Shown: positions 47,659 to 56,076 of the stretch, piece by piece | Numbering within the stretch: position 1 is the stretch's first letter | How the letters are laid out: the number at the start of each line of letters is the position of its first letter | Assembly (NCBI GenBank): GCA_963700145.1 | Contig: OY969474.1 | Coordinates: forward strand, 2,784,001-2,848,000 | Direction: 5' to 3' | Length of the DNA stretch: 64,000 bases | DNA from: an uncultured Acidobacteriota bacterium | GTDB lineage: Bacteria; Acidobacteriota; Thermoanaerobaculia; Multivoradales; UBA5704 | Translations under genes and position numbers: made by a program | Notes under the pieces: generated by a model | Databases searched by the model: none | Seen by the model: the letters and a program-made list of their open reading frames with translations, nothing else | Told to the model about the DNA's origin: nothing

Positions 47659-48198
47659 TCAGTGGGCGTGCGCTTCGCCGGTCTCGAGCGCTTCCATCGC
47701 CGCGATCTCTTCGGGCGTCAGCCGCGGCAGGTGCCGGATCAGGTGGACCAGCGACCAACTGCCGTAGCCGGACTCCGCCGTGCCGTTGCCCCATCCCGGC
47801 ATGCCGGTCAAGCGGATGCCGTTCTCGATGATCGCGAACAGCTCACCGTCGGAGAGCTCCTGTGTCGCGGGCAAGGTCATGTCCGGCGCCCGCGGGTACA
47901 GGTGCTCGCCGATGGTCGTCCGTCCTTTGCCGTCGTTACCGTGGCAGGTCGCGCAATGGTCTGCCCAATGCGCGCGGGCGTCGGTGAGGACGGCAGGGGT
48001 GAGGCCCAGAGGGTTCTTCTCGCCGCGCAGATCGGCGGGCACCGCCCAGCTCCGGACCGTGCGCGCGACGAAGGCCTCGATCGCCGTCGGCTCGTCGTGG
48101 GCGCTGAAGCCGCGGCGCAGCAGCCGCGCGAAGCCGCCGACCGCGAGCACGACGAGCGCCGCGCCCACGGCGATGCCGATCTTCAGGGGACGGAGCAC
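47659..48198 (-). CDS. Mono-heme c-type cytochrome
   Basis: CATCH, GIRLTGMPGW; GTG 48198. Confidence 0.9.
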   Translation of the reverse strand: MLRPLKIGIAVGAALVVLAVGGFARLLRRGFSAHDEPTAIEAFVARTVRSWAVPADLRGEKNPLGLTPAVLTDARAHWADHCATCHGNDGKGRTTIGEHLYPRAPDMTLPATQELSDGELFAIIENGIRLTGMPGWGNGTAESGYGSWSLVHLIRHLPRLTPEEIAAMEALETGEAHAH

Positions 48199-48199
48199 G

Positions 48200-49588
48200 T
48201 CACCTTCCCCGGGCGCCGGCAAGAGCGCCGCAGCTCCCCGCCTTGACCGCCTGGAAGGTCGCGGCAGGCCGCTCCGCCGGACGCCGTGCGCCGGCCTCCG
48301 GGCGGGGAGCGGCCGCGGCATGATGCTCGCCGACCGGCGAGGCCACCGTCCCCGCCGGGTGCTCGTACCACCCCGGGTCCTCGTCGTAGCTCGCCAGCCC
48401 CTCGCGCACCTTGAGGACGGTGAACATGCCGCCCATGAAGATCTCGCCGAAGGGCCCGTCGCCGCCGCCCATGAAGAGCGAGTTGCGCGGCGTCCCCATG
48501 TGCATCATGTCGCCCATGCCGGTGTCGCCCATCGGCATGTAGCCGGGCACGAGCTGCTCCAGCTTCTCGGCCACGCCGGTCTGATCGACGCCGGTCATGA
48601 TCGGCAGGCCGTGCCCCATCTGGTTCATCGTGTGGTGCACCTTGTGGCAGTGCAGCGCCCAGTCCCCCGGGTTGTCGGCCACGAACTCGACGTCGCGCGT
48701 CGTCCCCGGCGGTACGTTGATGCTGGTCTCGGGAATCCAGGCGGTCTCCGGCAGCGGCCCGCCGTCGCTCGCCGTCCAGCGGAAGTTGTGGCCGTGGACG
48801 TGGATCGGGTGCGAGTCCATCGAAATGTTGGCGATGCGGAGGCGCACCCGGTCGCCGAGCCGAGCGAGGAGCGGCGCGGTGCCCGGGAAGACGCGGCTGT
48901 TGAAGGTGAAGACGTTGAAGTCGAGCATCACCGTCGGGTCCGGGGTCGAGGTCCCCGGCTTGATGAACCACTCGTTGAGGAAGATGGCGAAGTCGCGGTC
49001 GACGCGGCGCCGCGGCTGGCGCGGATGGAAGACGAGGAAGCCCATCATCCCCATCGACTGCTGCACCATCTCGTCGAAGTGCGGGTGGTACATCTGCGTG
49101 CCGTGCTGGCGGACCCGGAACTCGTACTTGAAGGTCTCGCCCGGCTCGATGCGCCGCTGGTTCAAGCCGGCGACGCCGTCCATGCCGTTGGGGAGCAGGA
49201 CGCCGTGCCAGTGGACCGACGTCGGCTCCGGCAGCCGGTTCTCGACGTAGATCCGCACCCGCTCCCCTTCCACGGCCTCGATGGTCGGCCCGGGCGTCTG
49301 GCCGTTGTAGCCCCAGCAGTTGACGCGCAGCCCCGGCGCGAACTCCCGCACCAGCGGCTCGGCGACGAGATGGAAGGTCTTGTGCCCGTCCTCCCACCGC
49401 CACGGGAGGGACGACCCGTTGGGGGTGACGACGGGGAGATAGCCGCCGGCGCCGCGGCGAGCGGGCTGGGCGCCGTGCGCGGCGCCGTGCGGCTCGGCGG
49501 CGAGCAGCGGGACGCGCCGCAGCAGGCCGGCCGCGCCGGCGGCCGCCGCCGCCAGGCCGGAGGTGAGCACTTTGCGTCGCGAGATCAT
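48200..49588 (-). CDS. Tat-exported copper oxidase (two-domain MCO with Met-rich tail)
   Basis: SRRKVL; HWHG, YHPH, HPIHVHGH, HCHKVHHTMNQM. Confidence 0.93.
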   Translation of the reverse strand: MISRRKVLTSGLAAAAAGAAGLLRRVPLLAAEPHGAAHGAQPARRGAGGYLPVVTPNGSSLPWRWEDGHKTFHLVAEPLVREFAPGLRVNCWGYNGQTPGPTIEAVEGERVRIYVENRLPEPTSVHWHGVLLPNGMDGVAGLNQRRIEPGETFKYEFRVRQHGTQMYHPHFDEMVQQSMGMMGFLVFHPRQPRRRVDRDFAIFLNEWFIKPGTSTPDPTVMLDFNVFTFNSRVFPGTAPLLARLGDRVRLRIANISMDSHPIHVHGHNFRWTASDGGPLPETAWIPETSINVPPGTTRDVEFVADNPGDWALHCHKVHHTMNQMGHGLPIMTGVDQTGVAEKLEQLVPGYMPMGDTGMGDMMHMGTPRNSLFMGGGDGPFGEIFMGGMFTVLKVREGLASYDEDPGWYEHPAGTVASPVGEHHAAAAPRPEAGARRPAERPAATFQAVKAGSCGALAGARGR

Positions 49589-51018
49589 CGTTCGTCCTCC
49601 ATGGTCTCCTGTTGCCGGGCGGGCTCGAACAGCTCCAGGCGGGGCAGGCGCGGCCGCTCGGGCCGCGCCGAGAAGCCGGTCACGCCGCTCAGCGCCGCAT
49701 CGAGCTCCGTACGCGCCAGCCAGTAGTCGCGGATGGCGAGGAGCCGCTCGCGCTCCGCGTCGGCCAGGTTCTGGCGGGCGCGCAGCAGGTCGAACGGCCC
49801 GCGCAGCATCGCGTTGTACTCGAGCTGGGTCAGGGCGAGGATCCGCTGCCGGCGCGGCACCACGACGGTGCCCAGGTACTCGGCGCGCGCCCGCGCCTCG
49901 AGCAGCCGCTCGCGCGCGGTGCGCGCCTCGGAGCGGGCGGTCACCGTCAGCGCGTGCAGCCGCTGCTCGGCGCGGCGCAGCGTCGCCACCGCGCGCGTCC
50001 GCCCCGCCAGGCCGCGGTCGAAGAGGGGGATGGGGACGGTCGCGGCGGGGCCGGTCGTCCGCTTGCCGTCCGGCTCCCGCTCCCGGTGCACGCCGGCCGC
50101 GAGCTCGTCCCAGACCTCGGAGCGCGCCAGCGGCAGCGCCCGCCGGGCCGCCTCCACCTCCGCCTGGGCGAGCGACAGGTCGATGCGGCGCGGCAGCGAA
50201 GCCTCCACCTCGTCGAGCGACCGCTCCGCGCCTTCGCCCGGCGGCGTCTGCGGCGGCAAGACCAGGGGCATCGCGTCGGGCGCGCCGAGATCGGCCAGCA
50301 GACGCTCGCGCGCCTGCAGCTCGTCGAGCTGCGCCCGGGCGAGGTCGAGCTTCGCGCCCTCGTAGCGCGCCTGCTCGGTCTCGAGGTCGAGGTCCGAGAC
50401 GTTGCCGGCCTCGTGCTGCCGCCGCGCCAGCTCGGCCGACGCCTCGGCGGCGGCGGCGATCGCCTGCTGCTGCGCGAGGGCCTGCTGCGCCGCCTGCAGG
50501 GTGTAGTAGTCGGCCCGCACCTCGGCGGCGAAGCCGAGCACGGCGCCGGCCACCCGCAGCCGCGCCGCCGCGAACTCGGCTTGGCCGAGAGCGCGCCGCC
50601 GGCCGAGCTGGAAGAGGTCGATGAGGGTCTGGGTGAGGACCACCTCGAACGGCCGCGCCGGGCTCCCGGGGAACCGCACTTCCCCCTCGAACAGGGGGTT
50701 GCGGACTGTGCTCGCCGCGATCAGCTCCGCGCGCGCGATCCCTAGCTCTTCAAGCGCGGCGAGGAGGTCGCGGTTTTGGGCGAGCGCCGTCTCGACCGCG
50801 CGCTCGACGGTGAGCTCGCCGACGAGGAGCGGCCGCAGCGGCTCGCCCGTGGGCGGCGCGATCGGCTGCGCCGGGTCCCAGGCGAGACGCTGGCCGCCGC
50901 GCTCCTCGACCAGCGTCCGCACCTCGCCGACGCCGGCGTCGCGCGGCACCGAGGCGCAGCCCGCCGCGGCGAGGGCGGCGATGACGGCGGCGAGAGACAG
51001 GAAGCGGCGCGCTCTCAT
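49585..51018 (-). CDS. TolC family outer-membrane lipoprotein (copper-operon type)
   Basis: AAGC lipobox; PIPLFDRG, QLEYNAML, DYWLAR. Confidence 0.9.
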   Translation of the reverse strand: MRARRFLSLAAVIAALAAAGCASVPRDAGVGEVRTLVEERGGQRLAWDPAQPIAPPTGEPLRPLLVGELTVERAVETALAQNRDLLAALEELGIARAELIAASTVRNPLFEGEVRFPGSPARPFEVVLTQTLIDLFQLGRRRALGQAEFAAARLRVAGAVLGFAAEVRADYYTLQAAQQALAQQQAIAAAAEASAELARRQHEAGNVSDLDLETEQARYEGAKLDLARAQLDELQARERLLADLGAPDAMPLVLPPQTPPGEGAERSLDEVEASLPRRIDLSLAQAEVEAARRALPLARSEVWDELAAGVHREREPDGKRTTGPAATVPIPLFDRGLAGRTRAVATLRRAEQRLHALTVTARSEARTARERLLEARARAEYLGTVVVPRRQRILALTQLEYNAMLRGPFDLLRARQNLADAERERLLAIRDYWLARTELDAALSGVTGFSARPERPRLPRLELFEPARQQETMEDER

Positions 51019-51788
51019 CCGTCGTCCCTCCCGTCGTCGGGGTGGTCGTGCTCCTCGGCAGGCTTCGGCTCCGGCCCCTGCGGCGCCCGGCCGGCGTCGC
51101 GTTGCCGGTAGGTGGCGGTGCCGTGACCGTGGCCGCCGGCCATCTCGCCGGCGAGCGCGGCCGCGCGCGCGGCTTCCGCGACCGCGGTCGCCGCCGGCGC
51201 GTCTACCGGGCCGGGCGCGAGCGTCGCCGCCGGCTGCCCCGGCTCGGCCGCGACGGCGGCCTCGACGAACGGCACCGCGCCCGCGTGCTCGCCGGCCGCG
51301 GCCGGCGCCGCCGGCTTCGCGTGCGTCGCGTGGCCGCCTGCTTGGGGCGCCGCCGCCGCCTCATGACCGGCATGGGAATCCGCCGGCGCCCCTGGGGGCG
51401 GGCTCGCGCCGTGCCCCGGGTGGCCGCCGCCGCGAGGCGCGGATGCCATCTGATGACCGGCGTGGGGGCCGGCCGCCGGCCCTGGTGCCCGGCGGCCGTG
51501 TCCTGCGTGTCCCTCTGGCTGAGCCGCCGCCGGCGCGGCGTGGCCCTCGTGCTCCTCGGCAACCCCGTGCGCATGAGCGCCGCCCGGCTCCTCGCCGGGC
51601 CCTCCGGGGGCGACCGCTCCGTGGCCGTGCGCGTGGCTGTCGCCGCCGAGCGGCTCGCCGCGCTCCTGCGCTTCGCGAAAGGCCGCGGCGCTGCGGCTGG
51701 CGGCGGTGTCGTCGCCGCCGCAACCGGAAAGGGCGAGCGCGAGCGCGGCCGCCGCCACCGCGCAGGCGAGAAGTGTCCTGGTTCTCAT
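51015..51788 (-). CDS. His/Ala/Gly-rich lipoprotein, putative metal buffer
   Basis: LSGC lipobox; repeated HAGH/HAHG motifs. Confidence 0.75.
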   Translation of the reverse strand: MRTRTLLACAVAAAALALALSGCGGDDTAASRSAAAFREAQERGEPLGGDSHAHGHGAVAPGGPGEEPGGAHAHGVAEEHEGHAAPAAAQPEGHAGHGRRAPGPAAGPHAGHQMASAPRGGGHPGHGASPPPGAPADSHAGHEAAAAPQAGGHATHAKPAAPAAAGEHAGAVPFVEAAVAAEPGQPAATLAPGPVDAPAATAVAEAARAAALAGEMAGGHGHGTATYRQRDAGRAPQGPEPKPAEEHDHPDDGRDDG

Positions 51789-51888
51789 CTGCCGTACCTC
51801 CGTGCCGCAACTCTCGGCAGCGCCGACGCGCCGCCGCCGCGGCGATCCGCCGCGGAGATGGAGACCTCAGTCGTGGAGCTGCGGGAAG

Positions 51889-52239
51889 CTAGGCGAGAGG
51901 GACGTGGTCGAGACCGTGAGGCAGGGGCGCAAGGAGGTGCTCGCTGTCGGGCATGCGCGCTTCGGCGGCGAGCTCGACCGCCGCGAGATGCGCCGCGAAC
52001 GCGAGCACCGCCGCGCCCTGGCAGGCGTGCTCGCAGAGGGCGTCGCTGCCGTCTGCGCAGCAGTCGTCCTGCGGCGCGGCGTCGCGGCTGGCGAGCGCCG
52101 GGCCGCCGGCTGCATGCTCCTCGTGGCACGGCGCCTCCGTTTCGGGAGGAGCCGCCTGCGCCCGGCACGGATAAGGACCCGCGAGCAGGATCAGCCCGGA
52201 GAGGGCGAGGAGGGCGAGGGCGGTGAGACGGTGCGTCAT
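51889..52239 (-). CDS. Small Cys/His-rich protein heading the copper operon (CopL/DUF2946-like)
   Basis: N-terminal hydrophobic helix; PCHEEH, DDCCAD..CEHACQ; C-terminal LDHVP. Confidence 0.65.
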   Translation of the reverse strand: MTHRLTALALLALSGLILLAGPYPCRAQAAPPETEAPCHEEHAAGGPALASRDAAPQDDCCADGSDALCEHACQGAAVLAFAAHLAAVELAAEARMPDSEHLLAPLPHGLDHVPLA

Positions 52240-52350
52240 CGCGACGAAGGCGGCCGCGGCCACCGGGTGAAGCTTAGCACCTCGCGGGAAACGGCCCGGC
52301 CCTCGAGCGAGGCGCTTCGGGGAGGCGCCGGGGCCGCTCCGCTCTTCAGC

Positions 52351-52668
52351 CTAGGTCTGGGAGCAGACGCACCGCCGGCAGCAGGAGTTGACCTGGACGC
52401 ACTGGCCCGGGCCGCCGCAGATCGCGGTGCACTGGGCGTCGCTCGAGCAGCGGTTGCCGCAGCAGGCCATCTCCAGCCAATCCGGGGTGGTGTCGCGCAC
52501 CGCCGGCGTGGCGGTCTCGCCGCAGGTCGGCCCCGCGGCAGGGGTGGACAGCACTTCGGCGACGACAAGGTCCGCGGCCGGCGCGGGAAGCGGTGCCTCC
52601 CCGGCGGCGGCCGCCCCGGTACAGAGGGCGAAGGCGAGGACGAGGCAGGTCAGAGTGGGCTTGATCAT
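52351..52668 (-). CDS. Secreted prepropeptide with a 10-Cys defensin-like C-terminus
   Basis: RBS AGGAGG, ATG 52668, signal peptide; CCGNRCSSDAQCTAICGGPGQCVQVNSCCRRCVC. Confidence 0.8.
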   Translation of the reverse strand: MIKPTLTCLVLAFALCTGAAAAGEAPLPAPAADLVVAEVLSTPAAGPTCGETATPAVRDTTPDWLEMACCGNRCSSDAQCTAICGGPGQCVQVNSCCRRCVCSQT

Positions 52669-52801
52669 CGCGTGCCTCCTTTCACCCTTTGGGGTGTTCC
52701 AGCGGTCCCCGTCTGGGACAGGCGCAGGCTTCACCCACTGCACGGCCGCGTTCTCTGTGCTCGGTTTGACCGGTCATTCAGGCGTGGGACACAATCCGGC
52801 T

Positions 52802-53167
52802 GTGCTCGTCTGCCGTCGCCTCGCCGCCGCTCTTCTCCTCGTCGCCGTCACCTCTGCGCCCGGGCTGCTCCAGCTCGGAGCGGCCGTGTGGGATGGTCAC
52901 AGCCATCCCGAGACGCTCGCCGAGGCGCTGGTGCACGGGCACGACCATCCCGAAGGCACGCCGCCGCACGCCCACGACCTCACTCCCGCGCCCTCCGCTC
53001 GGCAGGATCCGCCGCGCAGCGTCCAGTCCCCCGCCTTCTCGCCGCTCCGGCCCGGCCCCCCGGCGCAGCTCGCGCTCGCGACGGCGCCCCTCCGCGGGCG
53101 CCCGCCTGCCGGCCCGTCCGGCTGCGGCCCGCCGCGGCTCGCGCTGCTCTGCAGTCTGCTGATCTGA
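52802..53167 (+). CDS. Small His-rich protein heading the heavy-metal RND operon
   Basis: Hydrophobic N-terminus; HSH..HGHDH..HAHD; Pro-rich tail ending LLCSLLI. Confidence 0.65.
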   Translation: MLVCRRLAAALLLVAVTSAPGLLQLGAAVWDGHSHPETLAEALVHGHDHPEGTPPHAHDLTPAPSARQDPPRSVQSPAFSPLRPGPPAQLALATAPLRGRPPAGPSGCGPPRLALLCSLLI

Positions 53168-53260
53168 ACCCCGCCTCCTAGCGCCGGCGCTCGCCCGGCC
53201 CCTTGCGGTGCCCTCTCGCGGCGCCGCGCACCCTGTTTGTTCCGCGCGAACGGAGTCGCC

Positions 53261-54490
53261 ATGTCCAGAACCTGGTTTGCCTTGCTGCTTCTGCTCGCTG
53301 TCGCGCCGGCCGGCGCGCAGGAGGAGGCGGTCCTCACCGAGGCGGAGCTCCTCGCCGCGGTGGGCGAGGACCACCCGGCCGCCGCCGCGCTCCTGGCGGA
53401 GCGCGAGGTGGCCGCCGCCGAGGTGGTGCGCGCCGCGCTGCTGCCCAACCCGGCCGTCGAGGTCACCCGCGAGGAGCCGGACCCGAGCGCGCGCGAGACG
53501 GCCGCCGTCGCCACCTGGACGCCGCCGTTCGGCGGGCGCCGCGCCCTGCGCCGCGAGGCGGCGGAGCGCGGGCTCGCGGCCGCCGAGGGGCGCCTCGCTG
53601 CGGGCCGGCTGCGGCTGCGGCTGGCGCTGCGCGCCGCCTACGCCGGCTGGGCGCTCGCCGCCGAGCGCCGGGACCTCGCGGCGGCGCACCTCGCCCGCGT
53701 CGGCGAGCTGGCGCGGCGGGCCCGCGCCCGCGCCGAGGCGGGGGAGATCCCCGGCCTGGCCGCCCGGCGCCTGACGCTCGAAGAGGGGCAGGCGCGCGCC
53801 GACCTCGCCCTCGCCGAGGCGGAGCTGGCCGGCCGGCGGGCGGAGGTGGCGGCTTGGCTGCCCGCGCTGTCCGCCGGCGCCCGCCCCGCCTCGCCAACCC
53901 TGCCGGCCGCCGCCGAGATCGCCCCGGCGGCCGCCCTCGCGGCGCGGGCGGACCTCCTCGCCCGCGAGCGGGAGGTCGAGCGCGCCGAGGCCTTGCGGCG
54001 GCTCGCCGGCCGCGTCGTCGATCCCCCGGCGCTCGGCCTCGGCTGGAAGCGGGTGGAGCAGGAGGGGGACGCCCACGCCGGGCCGGTCGCCTCGGTCGGC
54101 TGGACGGTGCCGCTCTTCGACCGCCGCCAGGCCGACCGCCGCGAGGCCGAGGCCCGCCTCGCCGGCGCCCGCGCCGAGCTGTCTCTGGCCCGCGCCCGCG
54201 CCGAGGCCGAGCTGGCCGGCGCGCTCGCCGCCTACGAGCGCCTGAGCCGCGAAGCCGGGGCGGCCGAAGCGGCCGCCGCCGAGACCGACGCGGTGCTGGC
54301 CGGCGCATCCGCCGCGTTCGAGCTCGGCGAGGCCGACCTGACCGACTTCCTCGACAGCCTGCGCGCGGCCCTCGCGTCGCGCACGACTTCACTCGCGTTG
54401 CGCGAGGCGGCGCTCGCCGCCGAGCGCGCCCTCGAGGCCGCCGCCGGCCGCCCCGTCGGATCGACTCCCGCACCTGGAGAGCTGCCATGA
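53261..54490 (+). CDS. TolC/CzcC-like outer-membrane efflux protein
   Basis: Signal peptide; LLPNP, TVPLFDRRQ, FELGE. Confidence 0.88.
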   Translation: MSRTWFALLLLLAVAPAGAQEEAVLTEAELLAAVGEDHPAAAALLAEREVAAAEVVRAALLPNPAVEVTREEPDPSARETAAVATWTPPFGGRRALRREAAERGLAAAEGRLAAGRLRLRLALRAAYAGWALAAERRDLAAAHLARVGELARRARARAEAGEIPGLAARRLTLEEGQARADLALAEAELAGRRAEVAAWLPALSAGARPASPTLPAAAEIAPAAALAARADLLAREREVERAEALRRLAGRVVDPPALGLGWKRVEQEGDAHAGPVASVGWTVPLFDRRQADRREAEARLAGARAELSLARARAEAELAGALAAYERLSREAGAAEAAAAETDAVLAGASAAFELGEADLTDFLDSLRAALASRTTSLALREAALAAERALEAAAGRPVGSTPAPGELP

Positions 54491-56055
54491 CCCGTGCCGC
54501 GACGCCGCTCCTTCCCCTTGCCGTCCTGGCGCTCGCCCTTCTGCCGGCTTGCCGCGACGCCGGCCCTGAGGGCGACGAGCACGCCGGCGAGGCCGAGCCC
54601 TGGTCCGTCACCGCCTGGAGCGAGCACTACGAGCTGTTCGCCGAGACCGACCCCCTGATCGCCGGCCGCGAGGCCCCGTCGCACGCCCACTTCACCGTGC
54701 TGGAGGACTTCTCGGCGCTCGACCGCGGCGCCGTCACCGGCATCCTGCGCGGCGCCGGCCGGGAGGAGACGTTCCACGCGCCCTCGCCGCTCCGCCCCGG
54801 CATCTTCCGCGTCGTCTTCCGCCCGGCGCGCGAGGGCACCTTCGACCTTGTCTTCCGCGTCGAGGAGCCGGGCCGCCGCGAAGAGATCGCCGCCGGCCGC
54901 GTGCGGGTCGGGACGGCGGAGTCGCCGGGCGGGCTGGTCGCACCGCCGCCCGGGACGCCGGCCGCCGCGGCCGCTGCCGGCGAGCCGATCGGGTTCTTGA
55001 AGGAGCAGCAGTGGCGCACGGAGTTCGCCACTGCCTGGGCCGGGACCGGCACTCTGCGGCGGACGCTGCGGGCGCCCGCCACCGTGCGGCCGGCGGCCGG
55101 CGGCGAGGTGACGCTCACCGCGCCGACCGACGGTGTCGTCAGCTCGGCGCGGTGGCCGCACGTCGGCCTCGACGCGGCGCGCGGAACGCCGCTCTTCTCG
55201 ATCGCGCCGCGCGTTCAGAGCGACCGCAGCCTCTCGGAGCTCGGCGCCGACGTGACGGCGCTCGAGGCGGAGCTGGGCGCGGCACGGGCGCGCCTCGCGC
55301 GCCTGCGGGAGCTGATCGCGGTCGAGGCGGCGAGCCGCCGCGAGGTCGAGGAGGCGGAGGCGGCGGTGCGCTCGCTCGCGGCGCACCTCGAGGGGGCCCG
55401 CCGCGGCCGCGCGGCGGTGGGCGCGGTGCGGCGGGGCGGCGCCAGCCCGGAGAGCTTCCGCATCGCCGCGCCCATTGCCGGCCGGGTGGCGGAGGTGGCG
55501 GTGAGCCCAGGACAGTTCGTAGAGGCCGGGGCGCCGCTCGCGCGTCTGGTCCAGACCTCGCCGGTCTGGCTGGAGCTAGCCCTCCAGCCGGCCCAGGCGG
55601 CGCTCCTCACCGCCGCGCCGGCGGGCCTCTACGTCCGCCGCTGGGCGGAGGAGGAGCCGTTCCCGGTCCCCGGCAGCGAGCTGCGGCTCGTGGCGCGCGC
55701 CCCGGAGGTGGACGCCGGGACCGGCATGGTGCCGCTGGTCCTCGAGGTCCGCCGCGGCGTCGACGTGCTGCGCCTCGGCAGCCGGGTCGAGGCCGAGCTG
55801 CTGCTGCCGGAGGAGCTCCGCGGCGTCGTCGTGCCGGCTTCGGCGCTGGTGGACGACGACGGGGTCGAGGTCGTCTACGTCCAGCTCGAGGGCGAGAGCT
55901 TCGACCGGCGCGAGGTGCGGATCGAGGCCCGCCAGGGCCCGCACGTCCTGGTGCGGGGGGTCGCCCCCGGCGAGCGCATCGTGACCCGCGGCGGCAATGC
56001 CATCCGCCGCAGCTCCCTCCTCGGCGCCGGTGCCGTCGAAGGCCACGTCCACTGA
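54487..56055 (+). CDS. Heavy-metal RND membrane fusion lipoprotein (CzcB/CusB-like)
   Basis: LPAC lipobox; FLKEQQW, APIAG; C-terminal GHVH. Confidence 0.9.
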   Translation: MTRAATPLLPLAVLALALLPACRDAGPEGDEHAGEAEPWSVTAWSEHYELFAETDPLIAGREAPSHAHFTVLEDFSALDRGAVTGILRGAGREETFHAPSPLRPGIFRVVFRPAREGTFDLVFRVEEPGRREEIAAGRVRVGTAESPGGLVAPPPGTPAAAAAAGEPIGFLKEQQWRTEFATAWAGTGTLRRTLRAPATVRPAAGGEVTLTAPTDGVVSSARWPHVGLDAARGTPLFSIAPRVQSDRSLSELGADVTALEAELGAARARLARLRELIAVEAASRREVEEAEAAVRSLAAHLEGARRGRAAVGAVRRGGASPESFRIAAPIAGRVAEVAVSPGQFVEAGAPLARLVQTSPVWLELALQPAQAALLTAAPAGLYVRRWAEEEPFPVPGSELRLVARAPEVDAGTGMVPLVLEVRRGVDVLRLGSRVEAELLLPEELRGVVVPASALVDDDGVEVVYVQLEGESFDRREVRIEARQGPHVLVRGVAPGERIVTRGGNAIRRSSLLGAGAVEGHVH

Positions 56056-56076
56056 TCGCCGCCGAGGAGACCCGCC

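Noticed and set aside
52680-52790. Riboswitch upstream of the Cys-rich peptide
   Set aside because: Only a small GTCCC/GGGAC hairpin is visible; no recognisable aptamer consensus by eye.
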